A stretch of DNA of 64,000 nt. Origin: Zootoca vivipara (Eukaryota). Both the position numbers and the translations under genes were made by a program. The stretch spans positions 38,068,001 through 38,132,000 of the forward strand of contig NC_083288.1 in assembly GCF_963506605.1 (NCBI RefSeq), written 5' to 3'. Shown here one piece after another: positions 47,354 through 60,800 of this stretch. Numbering within the stretch: position 1 is the first letter of the stretch; each line of letters begins with the position of its first letter. Below the pieces are notes generated by a model, which was not told where the DNA came from, made no database searches, and worked only from the letters and a program-made list of their open reading frames with translations.

Positions 47354-48413
47354 TTTTCAATAAAAGTCAATGTAATAATAATGAGAATAATAATAATAAA
47401 TAAGAATAAATTTTTATTTATACCCCAGCCTCCCCAGTGAGAGCTGGGCTCATGGCGGCTGACATCAATAAAATTACCATTACAATAAAACATAAAAGAA
47501 AAAACAATTGATTAAAATACAATTTAGATTAAAAAAATAATAATGTAGGGAGAAGATGCTTTCCAGAACCAATCCAGTTACTCAAGATTTCCAATGTTGG
47601 TCAGGATATTTACCTAGGAAAGGAGGTAGGGGAGAGAGAAGAGCAAGAATTTTAATTCCTCTGTTATTTGTTACATTAGCACCTTTTAAATCCAGTGCAT
47701 ACTAGATTACAATGCATACATTTAAGCTTTACAAAGAATTATCACAACCTGTATCTCAGCCTTGCGTTTTAAAAACTCACTTGGACACCACAGGCCAGCT
47801 TTCACCGGCCTGGTGCCTATTTTGCACAGCTGGAGGGCATGAGGTTGGCAAAAAGCTGCCACAGGCAATAAGAAATTCCATTCAGGCTAGCAAGCTGGCT
47901 GGTGGAGAAGGTAGGGACCCACTAATCTGCATTCTATGTTGGCTGCAGAGTAATGAGCTTTCTTTTTTGTGTGACCAAGATGATAATAATGTATTTAGGC
48001 TGATATGAGGGATGTAGTGATATGAGGGGGGGGGTGATGCAAATCATCCCCCACCAGCCTACTTGATTTCTATGCTGGCTCTGAGAGGGCAGGCCTTTTC
48101 TTTTGTGCCCAGGAGGGAAATGAAGCAGGGAGACAGAGATACTGATCCCACACCTGCCAGTCTGCCAAGCTCAACAGAGGCAGGACATTTTTCTACTTGT
48201 TTCCCAAGGGACAGGTAGAAAAAGTTCTGGATAGTAACTTCTGCTGCTGTACACAAGGCTGCTGTGCCCCTTGCATTTCATGAAAAACTTAAACTTCTGT
48301 TTACAGTTTCTCCCTCTCTACCTATTCATCTGCCGTCCAAGGATAAAACTCCATTCATCTAATGTGATGGACTCTACTCCAGATAAGCTTATAGCCACAG
48401 TGACTGAACTGAA

Positions 48414-51400
48414 TTAAATACACACCTTCAGAAAAGAAGCTACTTGTTTGGCAGAGATGCCGTCGACTTTCCCAAGGTCCTCCACCTGAGAAAAGGAGGA
48501 AGGAGAAATGTGTAGGTAACACAAAGCTGCAAAATCATGGAGATACTTAATTATTAAATTTGTGTACCACCCCTCATCCATAGATCTCAGGTCCACAACA
48601 ACAACAAAAATATTCTGAGGGAATAGCAATACTGCAGTAGTAGAGCATTTTGCTTTGCTCAGCACCTGGCATTTCTAGTCTCTCTCAACAATTGGCCACA
48701 GTAGCCAAATGAAACCTCCACATTCAAAGGTAATATTTATTTTTTATTTCATAAAATTTATACACCACTTGATTTTTTAAAAAAATTACAACCTCAAAGT
48801 GGTTTACAAAAAGATAAAACAAGAAAAAGGAGAAATATTCACAACCCTACTGTAAAGCATACAAAAGTTAAAATACTAAAACAGATTAACATTACCTCAA
48901 CTTCCTAAGTATCTGGGTAGGCTTGCCTGAACAAGAATGTTTTAGCAAGCGCCAAAGAATACAGTGAAGGCACTTCTTGATCTCAAAAGGCAGGGAGTTC
49001 CAAAGTGCAGATAATAATAATAATAATAATTTATTATTTATACCCCGCCCATCTGGCTGGGTTTCCCCAGCCACTCTGGGCGGCTTCCAACAGAAAAATA
49101 AAACACAGTAATCTTTTAAACATTAAAAGCCTCCCTGAACAGGGCTGCCTTCAGATGCCTTCTAAAAGTCTGGTAGTTGTTTTCCTCTTTGACATCTGTT
49201 GGGAGGGCGTTCCACAGGGCAGGCGCCACCACCGAGAAGGCCCTCTGCCTAGTTCCCTGCAACTTGGCTTCTCACAACGAGGGAACCGCCAGAAGGCCCT
49301 CGGTGCTGGACCTCAGTGTCCTGGCAGAATGATGGGAGGTGGAGACACTCCTTCAGGTATACTGGACATTAAACAATCGGGTTCTTACAAATGCAGAACG
49401 GGTATTATGTGGCAGCTTGCCAATTCTGCCAATTGAACCGGTTGAGTGGAAATATGTGGGGCAAGACGATCTTGTAGGTAAACTGGTCCCAAGTTGTAAA
49501 GGGCCTTTATATACTAATAGTAAAGGTAAAGGGTCCCCTGACCATTAGGTCCAGTTGCGGATGACTCTGGGGATGTGGCGCTCATCTTGCTTTACTGGCT
49601 GAGGTGGCCAGCATGACAAAGCTGCTTCTGGCGAACCAGAGCAGCGCACAGAAACACTGTTTACCTTCTCTTTATCTACTTGCACTTTGACGTGCTTTCG
49701 GACTGCTAGGTTGGCAGGAGCTGGGACCGAGCAACAGGAGCTCACCCTGTCGTAGGGATTCGAACCGCTGACCTTCTGATCAGCAAGCTCTAGGCTCTGT
49801 GGTTTAACCCACAGCCCGGTAGGAAATTGGCAACCAGTGCAGATCTCCAAGCACAGGTTTTATCCACTGACAAGGCATCACACTGCAGCATTCTGCATTC
49901 TGCAGAGGGCCTTCTCGATAGTGGCGCCCGCCCTGTAGAACGCCCTCCCATCAGATGTCAAGGAAATAAACAACTACCTGACTTTTACAGAACATATGAA
50001 GGCAGCCCTGTTTAGGGAAGTTTTTAATGTTTTATGTCTTATCATGTTTTTAATATTCCATTGTGAACCGCCCAGAGTGGCTGGGGAAACCCAGCCAGAT
50101 GGGCGGGGTACAAATAATAATAAATTGTTGTTGTTGTTGTTAGCCTCCCAATTCTAACTGCCGGGGTGGGGGGTATTGCTTCCGTGCCATGCTGGTGGGC
50201 TTCCCAGAAGCTTCTGGCTTGCTACAAAAACGTTGGACTAGATGGACCTTTATTCTGACCCAGCTCTTACGAGAATAGGGAGCTACTCCCTTCCCCTCCC
50301 AGATTTAAGAATGAGCAGGAGTCCTCCAAGACTTAATGCTCTGAACTTGAGCAAGGTCTGAACGTGTTAAAGCCTTGCATGGCCTACCTCCTACCTGAAG
50401 ATGAATTTCCTCTGCACAGTAGCTGCACCTGCACACACCTCAAACGATGGAAGAGCAGCTCTGTCCTCAGAGCCCACTTACCTTTTCAAAGGACCCATGC
50501 TCTCCTCTCCAGGCCATAATGCGATGAGCCTTCTTCTTGCCAATCTGGTGCAGGGCCATGAGATCCTTCACAGAGCCTGTGTTCAGGACAGCCAGGATGT
50601 TCTCCTTGGTGCGGGCCATCAGATCAGGCCGAACCACCATCTCCCACTTAGAGGGAACCTTGTTTTCAGAGCCAGGGGCCGAATCCTGGATATAGCATGC
50701 ATCATAAAAAGAAGTGGTGTGGTGTCGCACCCGTCTGTTTCCTGACTGGCCCTCATCTCATATTCTTTCACTGAATCACAAACATACCCTGGCTTCTCAG
50801 ATCTTATAAATCTCCTGCCTTTTACTTATCAGGGGTTCGTCAATGAGATACCAGGCATGCAGAATAAAGTTCTCCAGAAGATAAGACAGACAACTGTCAC
50901 TGCTGAGTTTACCTTCTCTTGTTTCACAGGCCTGTGTCAGGGTTTTTGGAATCTGCTGAGAGCCATGTCCCTGAAGCAGGCCCACTGGAAACTGCCGGAG
51001 CCACCTTATTAATAGTATTTATAACTCTGCCTTACAGCTGAACGCACTCTCAGAGAGGCTTACAAAAAACACTTCTCTCAGGCTGATGGTCTAGACCAGA
51101 GGTCGGCAACCTAAGGCCCATGGGCCGGTTCTGGCCCATCGGCCTCCCGGAACCAGCCCATGGCCAGTTCTGTGGATTGGCGTGGGGATTCCAAGGTGGA
51201 ACCTCCTCCCTCCTTGTGCAGCAAATTGCCAGCCAATCGCCTGCTAAGGTTTGAGGCCCTGGCCAATGGGCGAGCGGTGGCTGCGCATGGTTGAGAGGAG
51301 GAAGGGGGCTGGGCTTAGCTGGCCAAGCACATTTCCAGCAGCCCCTCGTCGGAGCAAGCTGTTTGCCGCCGCCACTGCCTTTGCCATCACTCTGCCAAGT

Positions 51401-51828
51401 GCAGCTCCTGTGCCTGCCCTTGCGAGTGGTAGAGGCTATCGGTGCTGGCGGAGGAGGAACGAGCAGCTCGAAAGCAGCCCTTTCGGGCTGCTCTTTCCTC
51501 CTCTGTTGCTGCTGCCACCAGCCTCTGCCTCTCGGCAGCACCCTAGGTAGGCAGGGGGCGGGGGGGGAGAGAAGCCCCCTCTGCCGTGTGCGCATGCGTG
51601 CACACACACAAACGCACTCTGGCCCACCGGGAGGTTTGTGGTGTGGTGAACTGGCCCACCCCCCAAAGAAGCTTGCCGACCCCTGGTCTAGACCATCCTC
51701 CAGGATCCTCTGTAACGTGTCCTGCTGCATGCTTGGCAACATGGAAAGTCTGAAAAGCACCAATACAGCCCATGCCCCAAGTTCAGTCTCCAGTGAGGCA
51801 GCTGGACAGGGTGAGCTCTGGCCTAACA

Positions 51829-51880
<52 letters not shown>

Positions 51881-54800
51881 CTGCTCTGAGGCAGTGAGTC
51901 CAGAACTTTGATCTGGCTTCCTCAAGACACTTGCAAAGCTACTTTCTTTCTGTTCCTGGAATGAACCATTTCAGGCTGCTTCCCACCAACCTTACCCATA
52001 AGAATTTAAATTTGCTTAAAACAGGGAAAAGGGGGGGGGAAGCATGTGGTCAGCAGGAACAGCCCTGATTTTTCTGATCTGGCTAATGCTACCTGTTCCA
52101 CTCCCAGATTTGATCCAGAAACACGGTGCGTGGGTGAGGGCGGATGTGAATTCTTCTGGGTAAGGCTTGATATTTGCCCCACAGCTAAGAATAAGGCTGT
52201 CTGAACATGAACCAACAACAGGCAATAGGTAAGGGAATCTGTTCTTTGTTCTAGGGCAGAAGATCTACAGGAGGAAGCCTGCTCTGGCAGAATCCATATA
52301 TAACTTTATTAAACCATGTTTGTAAACTGCCTCAAAAACCTAAGGGGTATATACACCTGTTAAGCAACTCTGCTTCCCACCATCACCAGCCCCAAGTTCA
52401 ACAAAGCCCCCACCCCACCCCCTTACGCACCTTCTTCTTTCGACCTCCCTTCTTTTGCTTTACAATGATGATGCTATCTTCGTTCGCAGAGTTCTCCGGG
52501 TGCTGCACTGGAGAGGTAAAGAAGGAGAGCTGTGATCTCATAGGAGGGAGGAGCATGAGAAGGGAGTCCTGCTTTCAGACCCAGCACCCTTTTACCTTGC
52601 TTGAAGGGCAATACCACTGGTCCTTGGTGTTTGAAAGGCACCCATGGCCCATGTCCATGCTTTTTGTCCTGCAGAACCTTGGTTTCCATTTCCAGCTGCT
52701 GCTTCTTAAGCCTCTGTAGGGAGAGGAAGAACAGAATGAGCACAAATTCAGATGGAGGGAACGGGGTATGCGTTCGGTGGCCTCCAGGAATGCGTGGGGC
52801 TGCCATCAGGTTCCCAGCCCAAAAAGAATCTTATTGTATAAGTTGCCAGGGGCATAATGAAGCTGGTTCTCAGTGCAAGATGGACACAGTTCAATTTATA
52901 TTAGAATCTCCTCCTACAGGACGTACTTAGTGCTACATCTCTTTCTTCCTTCAAAGCCGGCCTTTACATTGGAGCCATTGGCTTAACCAGAGTTGCCCTG
53001 GCAGGGCCTCCTGAGTTTAAAACAACAGCAGCAGCAACAAATAGCCCTCCTAGAAAAAAGCTAAGAAGCAAAATGTGTAGGTAACATTCTAAAAAGCTTC
53101 TGTGACTTGAACCAGCTTGGCTGTTCTCGCCCATCATTGTTTGTAGCCAATGAGTGAAGTTGAAGCTGTGATTGATAAGTGAGTTGTTTGGACACCAGGC
53201 AAAAGGAATCTCTGGAGTCCTGAAGAGCTGCTGTTCCCTCACTTTCCCTTTAATTGCACTTTTCCTGCCCCTTTAACTGCTCTATTTACCGCCTGCCACT
53301 CACTTCAGAAGCTTTTTTTTTTATAAAAATAAAAAAGTGTGTTGCTGTAAGGGAAGAAACATATTAACCACACATAGAAATTTAAAAATTTGATCAACAA
53401 ATGAAACACCGCAGACCTCACAATAAACAAGGCATTGCGTTTGTTTACGGGAGTTAGCCCATTGCAGTCTTTGACAGATCACGATGGGACATAGAGAAAG
53501 AGCAAACCCTTCACCTCCAGCTCACGCCGAGTCTCATCCAGCAGCCTCCGCAATTCCAGCCGCTCCCTGCGTGGGGTGTTGAGGAGGGGCAACGCACAAC
53601 TCTTTGCCCCTGCCTGCTGTGTTTCCAAGGCCTCCAAGTGCAGCAGCTTTTCAGCCAAGGCCGGCTCAAGATTCTCCATTGGCAGGAGGGAACTGGTGGG
53701 GAAAGAGACCAGAAAGTAGGGCCTACCTTTTCTAACAAGCCAGAGAGAGCTGCTCAATGCTTTAAGGGGGGGGAGTGACCATCCTCATGAAGTGGCAGGA
53801 AAGAATTTGACCGCACCACAGAAGCACTGCTTGCCTCTTCACCAAAACCTATAAAATGTTTGGTGTCTCACCTGAATGGCTTCTCTTCAACCAAGCTGGG
53901 CTGTTCCTCCTCTGGACAAGGTCTCTTGGCTTCAGGGCCTGCATCACTAGAAGCTGGGCATGGTCTTTTCGATGCTGCTGTGTGGGGAGGATGTTTTTAA
54001 TTTATTTGATGTGTTTATTGGACCTTGGAGCCTGCTCCACCTGGACTGCCCTCCTTCACCACCACTGGGCCTCCTACCACCAACTGGGCTCCAGAAAGGA
54101 TCCTGTTTTGTTTGGATATTCTTCGCTGTAATTTTCCTACAAAGTTACTAGTAAAATGCCTTGGAATAATTTGTATTCCCAATGGTGGGATATCAACAAA
54201 GAACAAATCGTGAAAATTATCCTGGCCTTATCAGAAACATTTCGAGTCACCTTACAAATCACCAGCTTGCAAACTACGTATCAGAATAACTTAATTGATA
54301 TTAAAATATTTTTTTTAAAAAAATACCCTAGGGGGGGAAAAGCCACAATCACAAAATATAACTAAAAACACAACGAAGTTTTTTAGTTCTTAGTTTTTAG
54401 TTCTTAGTTTAGTTTTTAGTCCTATCTGACGAAGTGTGCATGCACACGAAAGCTCATACCAAAATAAAAACTTAGTTGGTCTTTAAGGTGCTACTGAAGG
54501 AATTTTTTTATTTAAAAACACAACGTAAGTGTAAACATATCCACCCTATGGGCAACCAAGGGCACCAAGGGCAAAAATGCTTTTACTTGATACCTAAAAC
54601 ATGGACCTAAACCAGGCATCCCCAAACTTCGGCCCTCCAGATGTTTCAGACTACAATTCCCATCTTCCCCGACCACTGGTCCTGTTAGCTAGGGATCATG
54701 GGAGTTGTAGGCCAAAACATCTGGAGGGCCACAGTTTGGGGGTGCCTGACCTAAACCCTTGACACCACTCACATAATCTCAGTAGGCACAGGAATCCAAA

Positions 54801-57800
54801 GCAGACCCTCCTCCCCAGACGACTGCAAGGCACAGACTGGTTCTGACAGGAGTCAGCTGGTCATTGATGAAAAGGACAGACCATGAATGGTTCTAGTGTA
54901 TATGTATCTGAACCATGATAAAGAAATATGGGGCAGTGAATCTGTATACTACACCCCACTCTGTTCTGGGGTAGCCCAAGAATCCTGCCCTTCCTTTCTC
55001 AAAAAACAAACAAACAAAACAAAACCCCTTGTTTTGCCCCCCTTCTGCTGAATTTTGTTGTTTTCAGGCCAGCTCCCTTCCTCACCGACATCCAGCAGAG
55101 TTTCTTGCGTGAAGGGTTTGTTCACCACTTGCTTGGATTTGGCAGCAAAGTTGAGGCTTGTGAGCGTGTCATAGTAGTACTTCCTCTCAGGGGCGATATT
55201 TGCAATGATCAGGCTGTGAGCACTTCCACCCAAAGAATCCTTTAAGGAAAGAGAAATATGCTCAGTAAAATAAAATGCAGCTCTTCCCAAATCCACAGCC
55301 CCACCAATGAACCCAGGCACCCCAACTACCTGCAGCAGGCGAGTGAGTTTGCTGTCTCTGTAGGGTACACGAGGCAGCCCCTTGTTGAGGGCATCGACCA
55401 CCTTGCTAAGCACAAAGAGTGACGTGTTGATGGCCCCGCTCTCCTTCAGGCGCACCCCTCTGTTGCCTGTCCGCCGGTTGTCCTCCGAGCCGGCTAAGTC
55501 GATAAGGCAAAGCTTGGCAGCCCGCTGGGCATATGGTGGCCAGCCCTGGGTCTGGCTCACGTACACCAGCAGGACAGTGTGACTGCGGCTCGAGCGATGA
55601 TTCAGCTGTGTGGATGCCACTGTACGGTTGCTGCTGGCAGGCAAGAAATGTTTCTCAAAGTCTGAGAAGTTGGTTATTTCTCTCTCCGTCAGACCAGGCA
55701 CCAGAATGTGGTGGTTTTGATCCTCCCGGATTGGCAAGTCACGGAGGGAGGGCTCTAGGAGGTCCAAGACCTGGGGAACAAGCAGACTAGTGTTTTTTTT
55801 TATTAATAAACATTTTTATTAGATTTTCCAATTTAAATATCTAATCCATTTTCAAATTATACAAATTATACAAATATCAATTAAACAATTAATCCAAATC
55901 TTCTGCCAAATTATACAAATTTAAATTTGACTTCCATGCTTCAGACTCAGAAAGCCTAGTCCTCTTATAGTCACTGCTTTCTATCCAAGAGTCTATTAAA
56001 ATCCTTCTATCTTCTTTCAAGCCCCCGAGTTTTTCGAGCAAGCAGGCTCCCACGGGGGCTTTCCACCCAGTGCCCCCAGCCTCTCCTTCCTTCCGAAGTC
56101 GAAGCTGGTGGTGGGCATCTGCGGATGAGACTGCATCTTCCTGTACCCCGGAAAGACTTCGGGAGGCTGCATACTCCCCTTTACAGCCTCATAAATTACC
56201 CCGTGGGAACCGGAGAGATGGTATTTTCAGCCATCTTCTACGGCGATCCAAGCGGAAGTCCCAAGCAGACTAGTGTTGGTCCAGGTGACACCTCAAAGCC
56301 TACCTCACTTACTGGTAAATCCCATGGTTTCTCAAAAGCACATGGAGAACAACATAAATTTACTTGAACAGATTGTGTGGTTTAATCAAGTAGGGTACAA
56401 ATCCAGCCTTCTGCAAACACCGAATAAGTTCTCTAGTTTACCTCTTGCCCTCCTCTGTAAGAGACCTGCTTTCTCCTGGGCACTTCTGGCTCATCACCTT
56501 TAGTCTCCATGCCATGCTCTGTTCACTCCTCCAAATTTCCCCCTCCTCCCCTGTCCTTTCTACACTTGTATTCAATCATTCTCCTCCTTCCCAGGCTCCA
56601 TTCTGTCTGCTTCCCCCAAGCATCAATAACCTAAGGCTCCCCAGAGCTTGTAGGACTCCAACTCCCCTCAGCATGCCCAATGGTCAGGGAAGATGGAAGC
56701 TACAGTCTGGCAATATCTGGAGGGCCAAAGGTTCCCCACCCCTGCCTTACTCCATCTGTCTTCCCTGCCCTTCTACTGCTCTTTCCTTTCTTCTCTCCCC
56801 CTTTGCAGCCATTTCGGCTTGCTTTTGACCCAGCTGCCCAGTCTCTTTTCCCATTCCCATCAGCCACGCCTCAGTTCTTCACCAATCTTCAAGCAGGCCC
56901 AGAGCACACATATGACAGCGTCAGCAGGCACTGAGACGGGACCCTCTCTAGATCAGACTAGTAGCAGATGACTCACGGATCTTCTAAATACCAACCGGGA
57001 ACAGAATGGAGTTTTGGTCACATTAACGAACTTCCCAGGGGTCAAAACACTGCCAGTCTTCAATACAACAAAAAAGGAGGCCAGAGTGTGTGCAAATCTG
57101 TTGCCAGTATCACTTGCTGTAGTCTAATTAGGTCATGCCCTCCCCAATACATCTGGCTCCTCAGCCCCATCTTGTTCTAAGCTGCTTTCTTCCCCAAAGA
57201 TCCCACCATTCTTATATACTAGGCTCAGTTTTCCCCTCTTATGCATTTTGTCCAGCACCCGTTACCTTCTCTTGGTAGATTTCCAGGTATGACATAGAGA
57301 CTGAGTACTTTCGCTCATCCCCCGAAGCATCCCTTGTCATCTGCAAGAGATTCTGAACTGCTCTTGGAATCACCCCCGGCTGCTCCGGACTCCCCAACAT
57401 GGTGTGCGTCTTTCCTGCCATTTTAGGGAGGGGGAACAAAAGAGATGTGAAGAGAGAGGGGAAACCATCACGTCCACCCTTGGCGCAATTCCAAGCCCCA
57501 GCCCACCCGCTGACCCCCAGCAACTCTAGGTTGGGTTCATCCCTTTGTGCACTGTTTTATAGTCACCTGCTCCGGTAGGCCCATATGCCAAGATGCTGGC
57601 ATTCTGCCCTTCCAGCAGATGGTGCAAGATAGGCTGAACTGACCCCATGTAGACATCATACTGCGTGGCCGTTGCACTGTAATAAGCGTCAAATCTGGTG
57701 GGAATAGAGAAGTGGGATTGAGGCCTGCTGGCTTCTCTGAAAGTTCAGCAATTTCTACAGCAGAGATAGGTAACAGGGGGCTTTGCAGAAGGAGTGGCAG

Positions 57801-60800
57801 GTGTCCCTTAGGAGCTTTCCCCCTAGCATACCCCCATTCGTCATGTTGTACAGACTATTATCAACATAAGAAGGCCCCTGCTGGATCAGGTCAATGAGAC
57901 ACCATCCTGTTCTCACAGTGGCCAACCAGATGCCTGTTGGAAACCAGAGTGCTATTTAGGGCTGTGCAATAAATTGCTATACAGTCCAAAGCCGATTTTG
58001 AAATGACATCAACTGTTTCAACCAACCAATATATCAAGAGAGAAATGTGAACGAAAGGTAGGGACTGACAGCTTCTCAGGGTGGGGTGGGGGATTCAACT
58101 GAACCAATACTTTTCTCAGCAGGAAGACATCCACCATCTCTCCCTCCTTTGTTCACTCTCTCCCTTGCCTCCCTCCCCTCACGCTGAGAGGGCAGCCAAT
58201 TTCACCGATAAGCCCTCGCCTGCAAGCAAACAAGCCTCTTTAAGCGTAACTTCCTGCTCTCACCCCAAAAACTTTCAGAGCTCAGCCAAATATGCAGAGC
58301 CCGCTAACAATCCGGCAGCAACCCATCATGCCTAGATAATCAAAGAACAGCAGTGGCAAAACAGGCAGAAGCAGTCACTTTAAGCCAGTGGTTTCCCTTA
58401 CCTATCCTGTCAGTTGCAAGGAGAAACAAATGGCAGCGAGGGGCCTAGAGGAAGGCTTCTGTTGCTTCTCATACTGGAAGAGAAGGGCTGCTATTCCTCC
58501 AGACACTGCTCAGTTCCAACTAATATCCCTGTTAAAAACCATTGTTGTAAACAAAATCTGCCCTTATTCCCTTATGGGGTACACAAGAGCCCTTTGTAGG
58601 TTCTCCATCGGAAGGAGAATATAACAGAGGCCAACCAGAGAAAATTGAGAAGCAAAATCTTTATTATAGCTGTTGCAACAGGGTGACTCCCCTCACATAC
58701 AGGAGAGGGACCCAGAGCCATGTGTGCAAGCCCTTATATAGACATTTCAAAAATCCCTCCTGGAGTCCAGGCACACCCCCAGAAACCTCACACACACATC
58801 ACAGAAGGGTTACAGGTAGTAGCCGTGTTGGTCTGACGTAGTCGAAACAAAATAAAAAAATTCCTTCCAGCAGCACCAACTAAGTTGGTCTCTAGGGTGC
58901 TGCTGGAAGGAATTTTTTTATTTTGTTTCGATCACAGAAGGGGTGTAGCCCAGATACATCATTGAACTTCACACTATAACATTTTGTTGCAGGTCCAATT
59001 TGTACTTATTAGTATGTTCCAACCCCTTGTCTCAAGGGTTGGGTTTCTTCAACAAATATACAGTACTGTACATCATGAAAGGGGAGGTCTAGTGGCAGTA
59101 ATCTGAGCATCCTGGACCCTGCCCCATGCCTCCTCTTGCCCTCTACCAAAAACCCATCAAGTGAAACGAGATATTTACATTTCCCTGTTTCCGAGCCAAG
59201 TTAATCACACCCTTTTGTCTTCATCTGGGTTCTGGCCACTCTTGTCATTATAACTACTTAATTCCTGAATATAGGTCACAGGCTCACACCCTGTTCATAT
59301 CTTGAATGTGCCCTTAAGACAGGATTAGTGAGGACAGCAGAGAAATATTTGGTCCCTTTGCTGCCTTAGACATGTGGCCTATACATTCATGTACAGTGGT
59401 GCCTCGCAAAACGAATTTAATTCGTTCCGTGAGTCAATTCATTTTGCGAAAAATTCGTCTTGCGAATCGCGGTTTCCCATAGGAATGCATTGAAATTTCT
59501 TTTTTTGCCCATAGGAATGCATTAATTAAATTTCAATGCATTCCTATGGGAAATCACGATTCGCAAGACGAATTTTTCGCAAAACGAATTCGTATTGCAA
59601 GTCACCATCAGATCGCAAAACGCATTCGTCTTGCAAAAAAATCGTCTTGCAGGGCATTCGTCTTGCGAGGTACCACTGTACTGTACATGTTTGCTTGGTA
59701 CACTTATGAACATTTATTATATATCCAAGACCTCAAAATTCCTATTACACCATCAACAGGGGTACCATAGGGCCACAACCTACATGAAGCCTGCTTCTTC
59801 CCAACCCTCTCTGCCCAACTCACTTGTATTTCATTGTCTCCATATTATTTCTCACGTTCAGGATCTCCAGGGAGCAGGAGTCCACGCCACGTACACAAGG
59901 GGCTTCCTTTCCCTCTCCTGTTCCCACGCTTGGCCGCAATCGCACACAAACCCTAACTCGAGCCGGTGCATTGCTGGGGGTTCGCTGGGCTTCATAACGG
60001 CTTAATCGTTTATAAGATGTCATTGATATCTAAGAAGAGAAAAAGTGCAGGGTGAGATACAAGTACCAGAAGAAGCACTGAACTCCGCACCAGCTCATCT
60101 GTGAACTGAGATCATTATTGAAGGTCCCCTTATAAAATTTATAGGTTATAAAATTTTAGGATGCACACACACTCCACAGAAAGCCAATCCTTTGTCCTGG
60201 AGAGCCAGTGTGGTGTAGTGGTTAAGAGCTGTAATCTGGGGAACCGGGTTCGCATCTCCGCTCCTCCACATGCAGCTGCTGGGTGACCTTGGGCTAGTCA
60301 CACTTCTTTGAAGTCTCTCAGCCCCACTCACCTCACAGAGTGTTTGTTGTGGGGGAGGAAGGGAAAGGAGAATGTTAGCCGCTTTGAGACTCCCTCGGGT
60401 AGTGATAAAGCGGGATATCAAATCCAAACTCTTCTTCTTCTTTGTCCTTCAAATTTTAAGAATTATTCCCTTGAGAAAATCACACATTATTTTAGCACAC
60501 AAAACAATCCCAAAAAACCATCTTGGCTCCCCTAATGTCTCTAAATATTTCCTCTATTTCAGGCATCCCCAAACTACGGCCCTCCAGATGTTTTGGCCTA
60601 CAACTCCCATAATCCCTAGCTAAGCGGACCAGTGGTAGGGATGATGGGAATTGTAGTCCAAAACATCTGGAGGGCTGAAGTTTGGGGATGCCTGTCTTAA
60701 GGGCATTTTTGTGCAGGAAAGGGTGGCCTGTGACCTGGATTCTAGAACAAAAGCATTTACCATCTCAAAAGAATGGACAGACTGCCCAGGTAATGCAATC

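Noticed and set aside
51050-51925. 291-aa and 180-aa ORFs
   Set aside because: They span a GC-rich hAT insert and a (GA)n repeat inside a KIF22 intron, with no domain signature.
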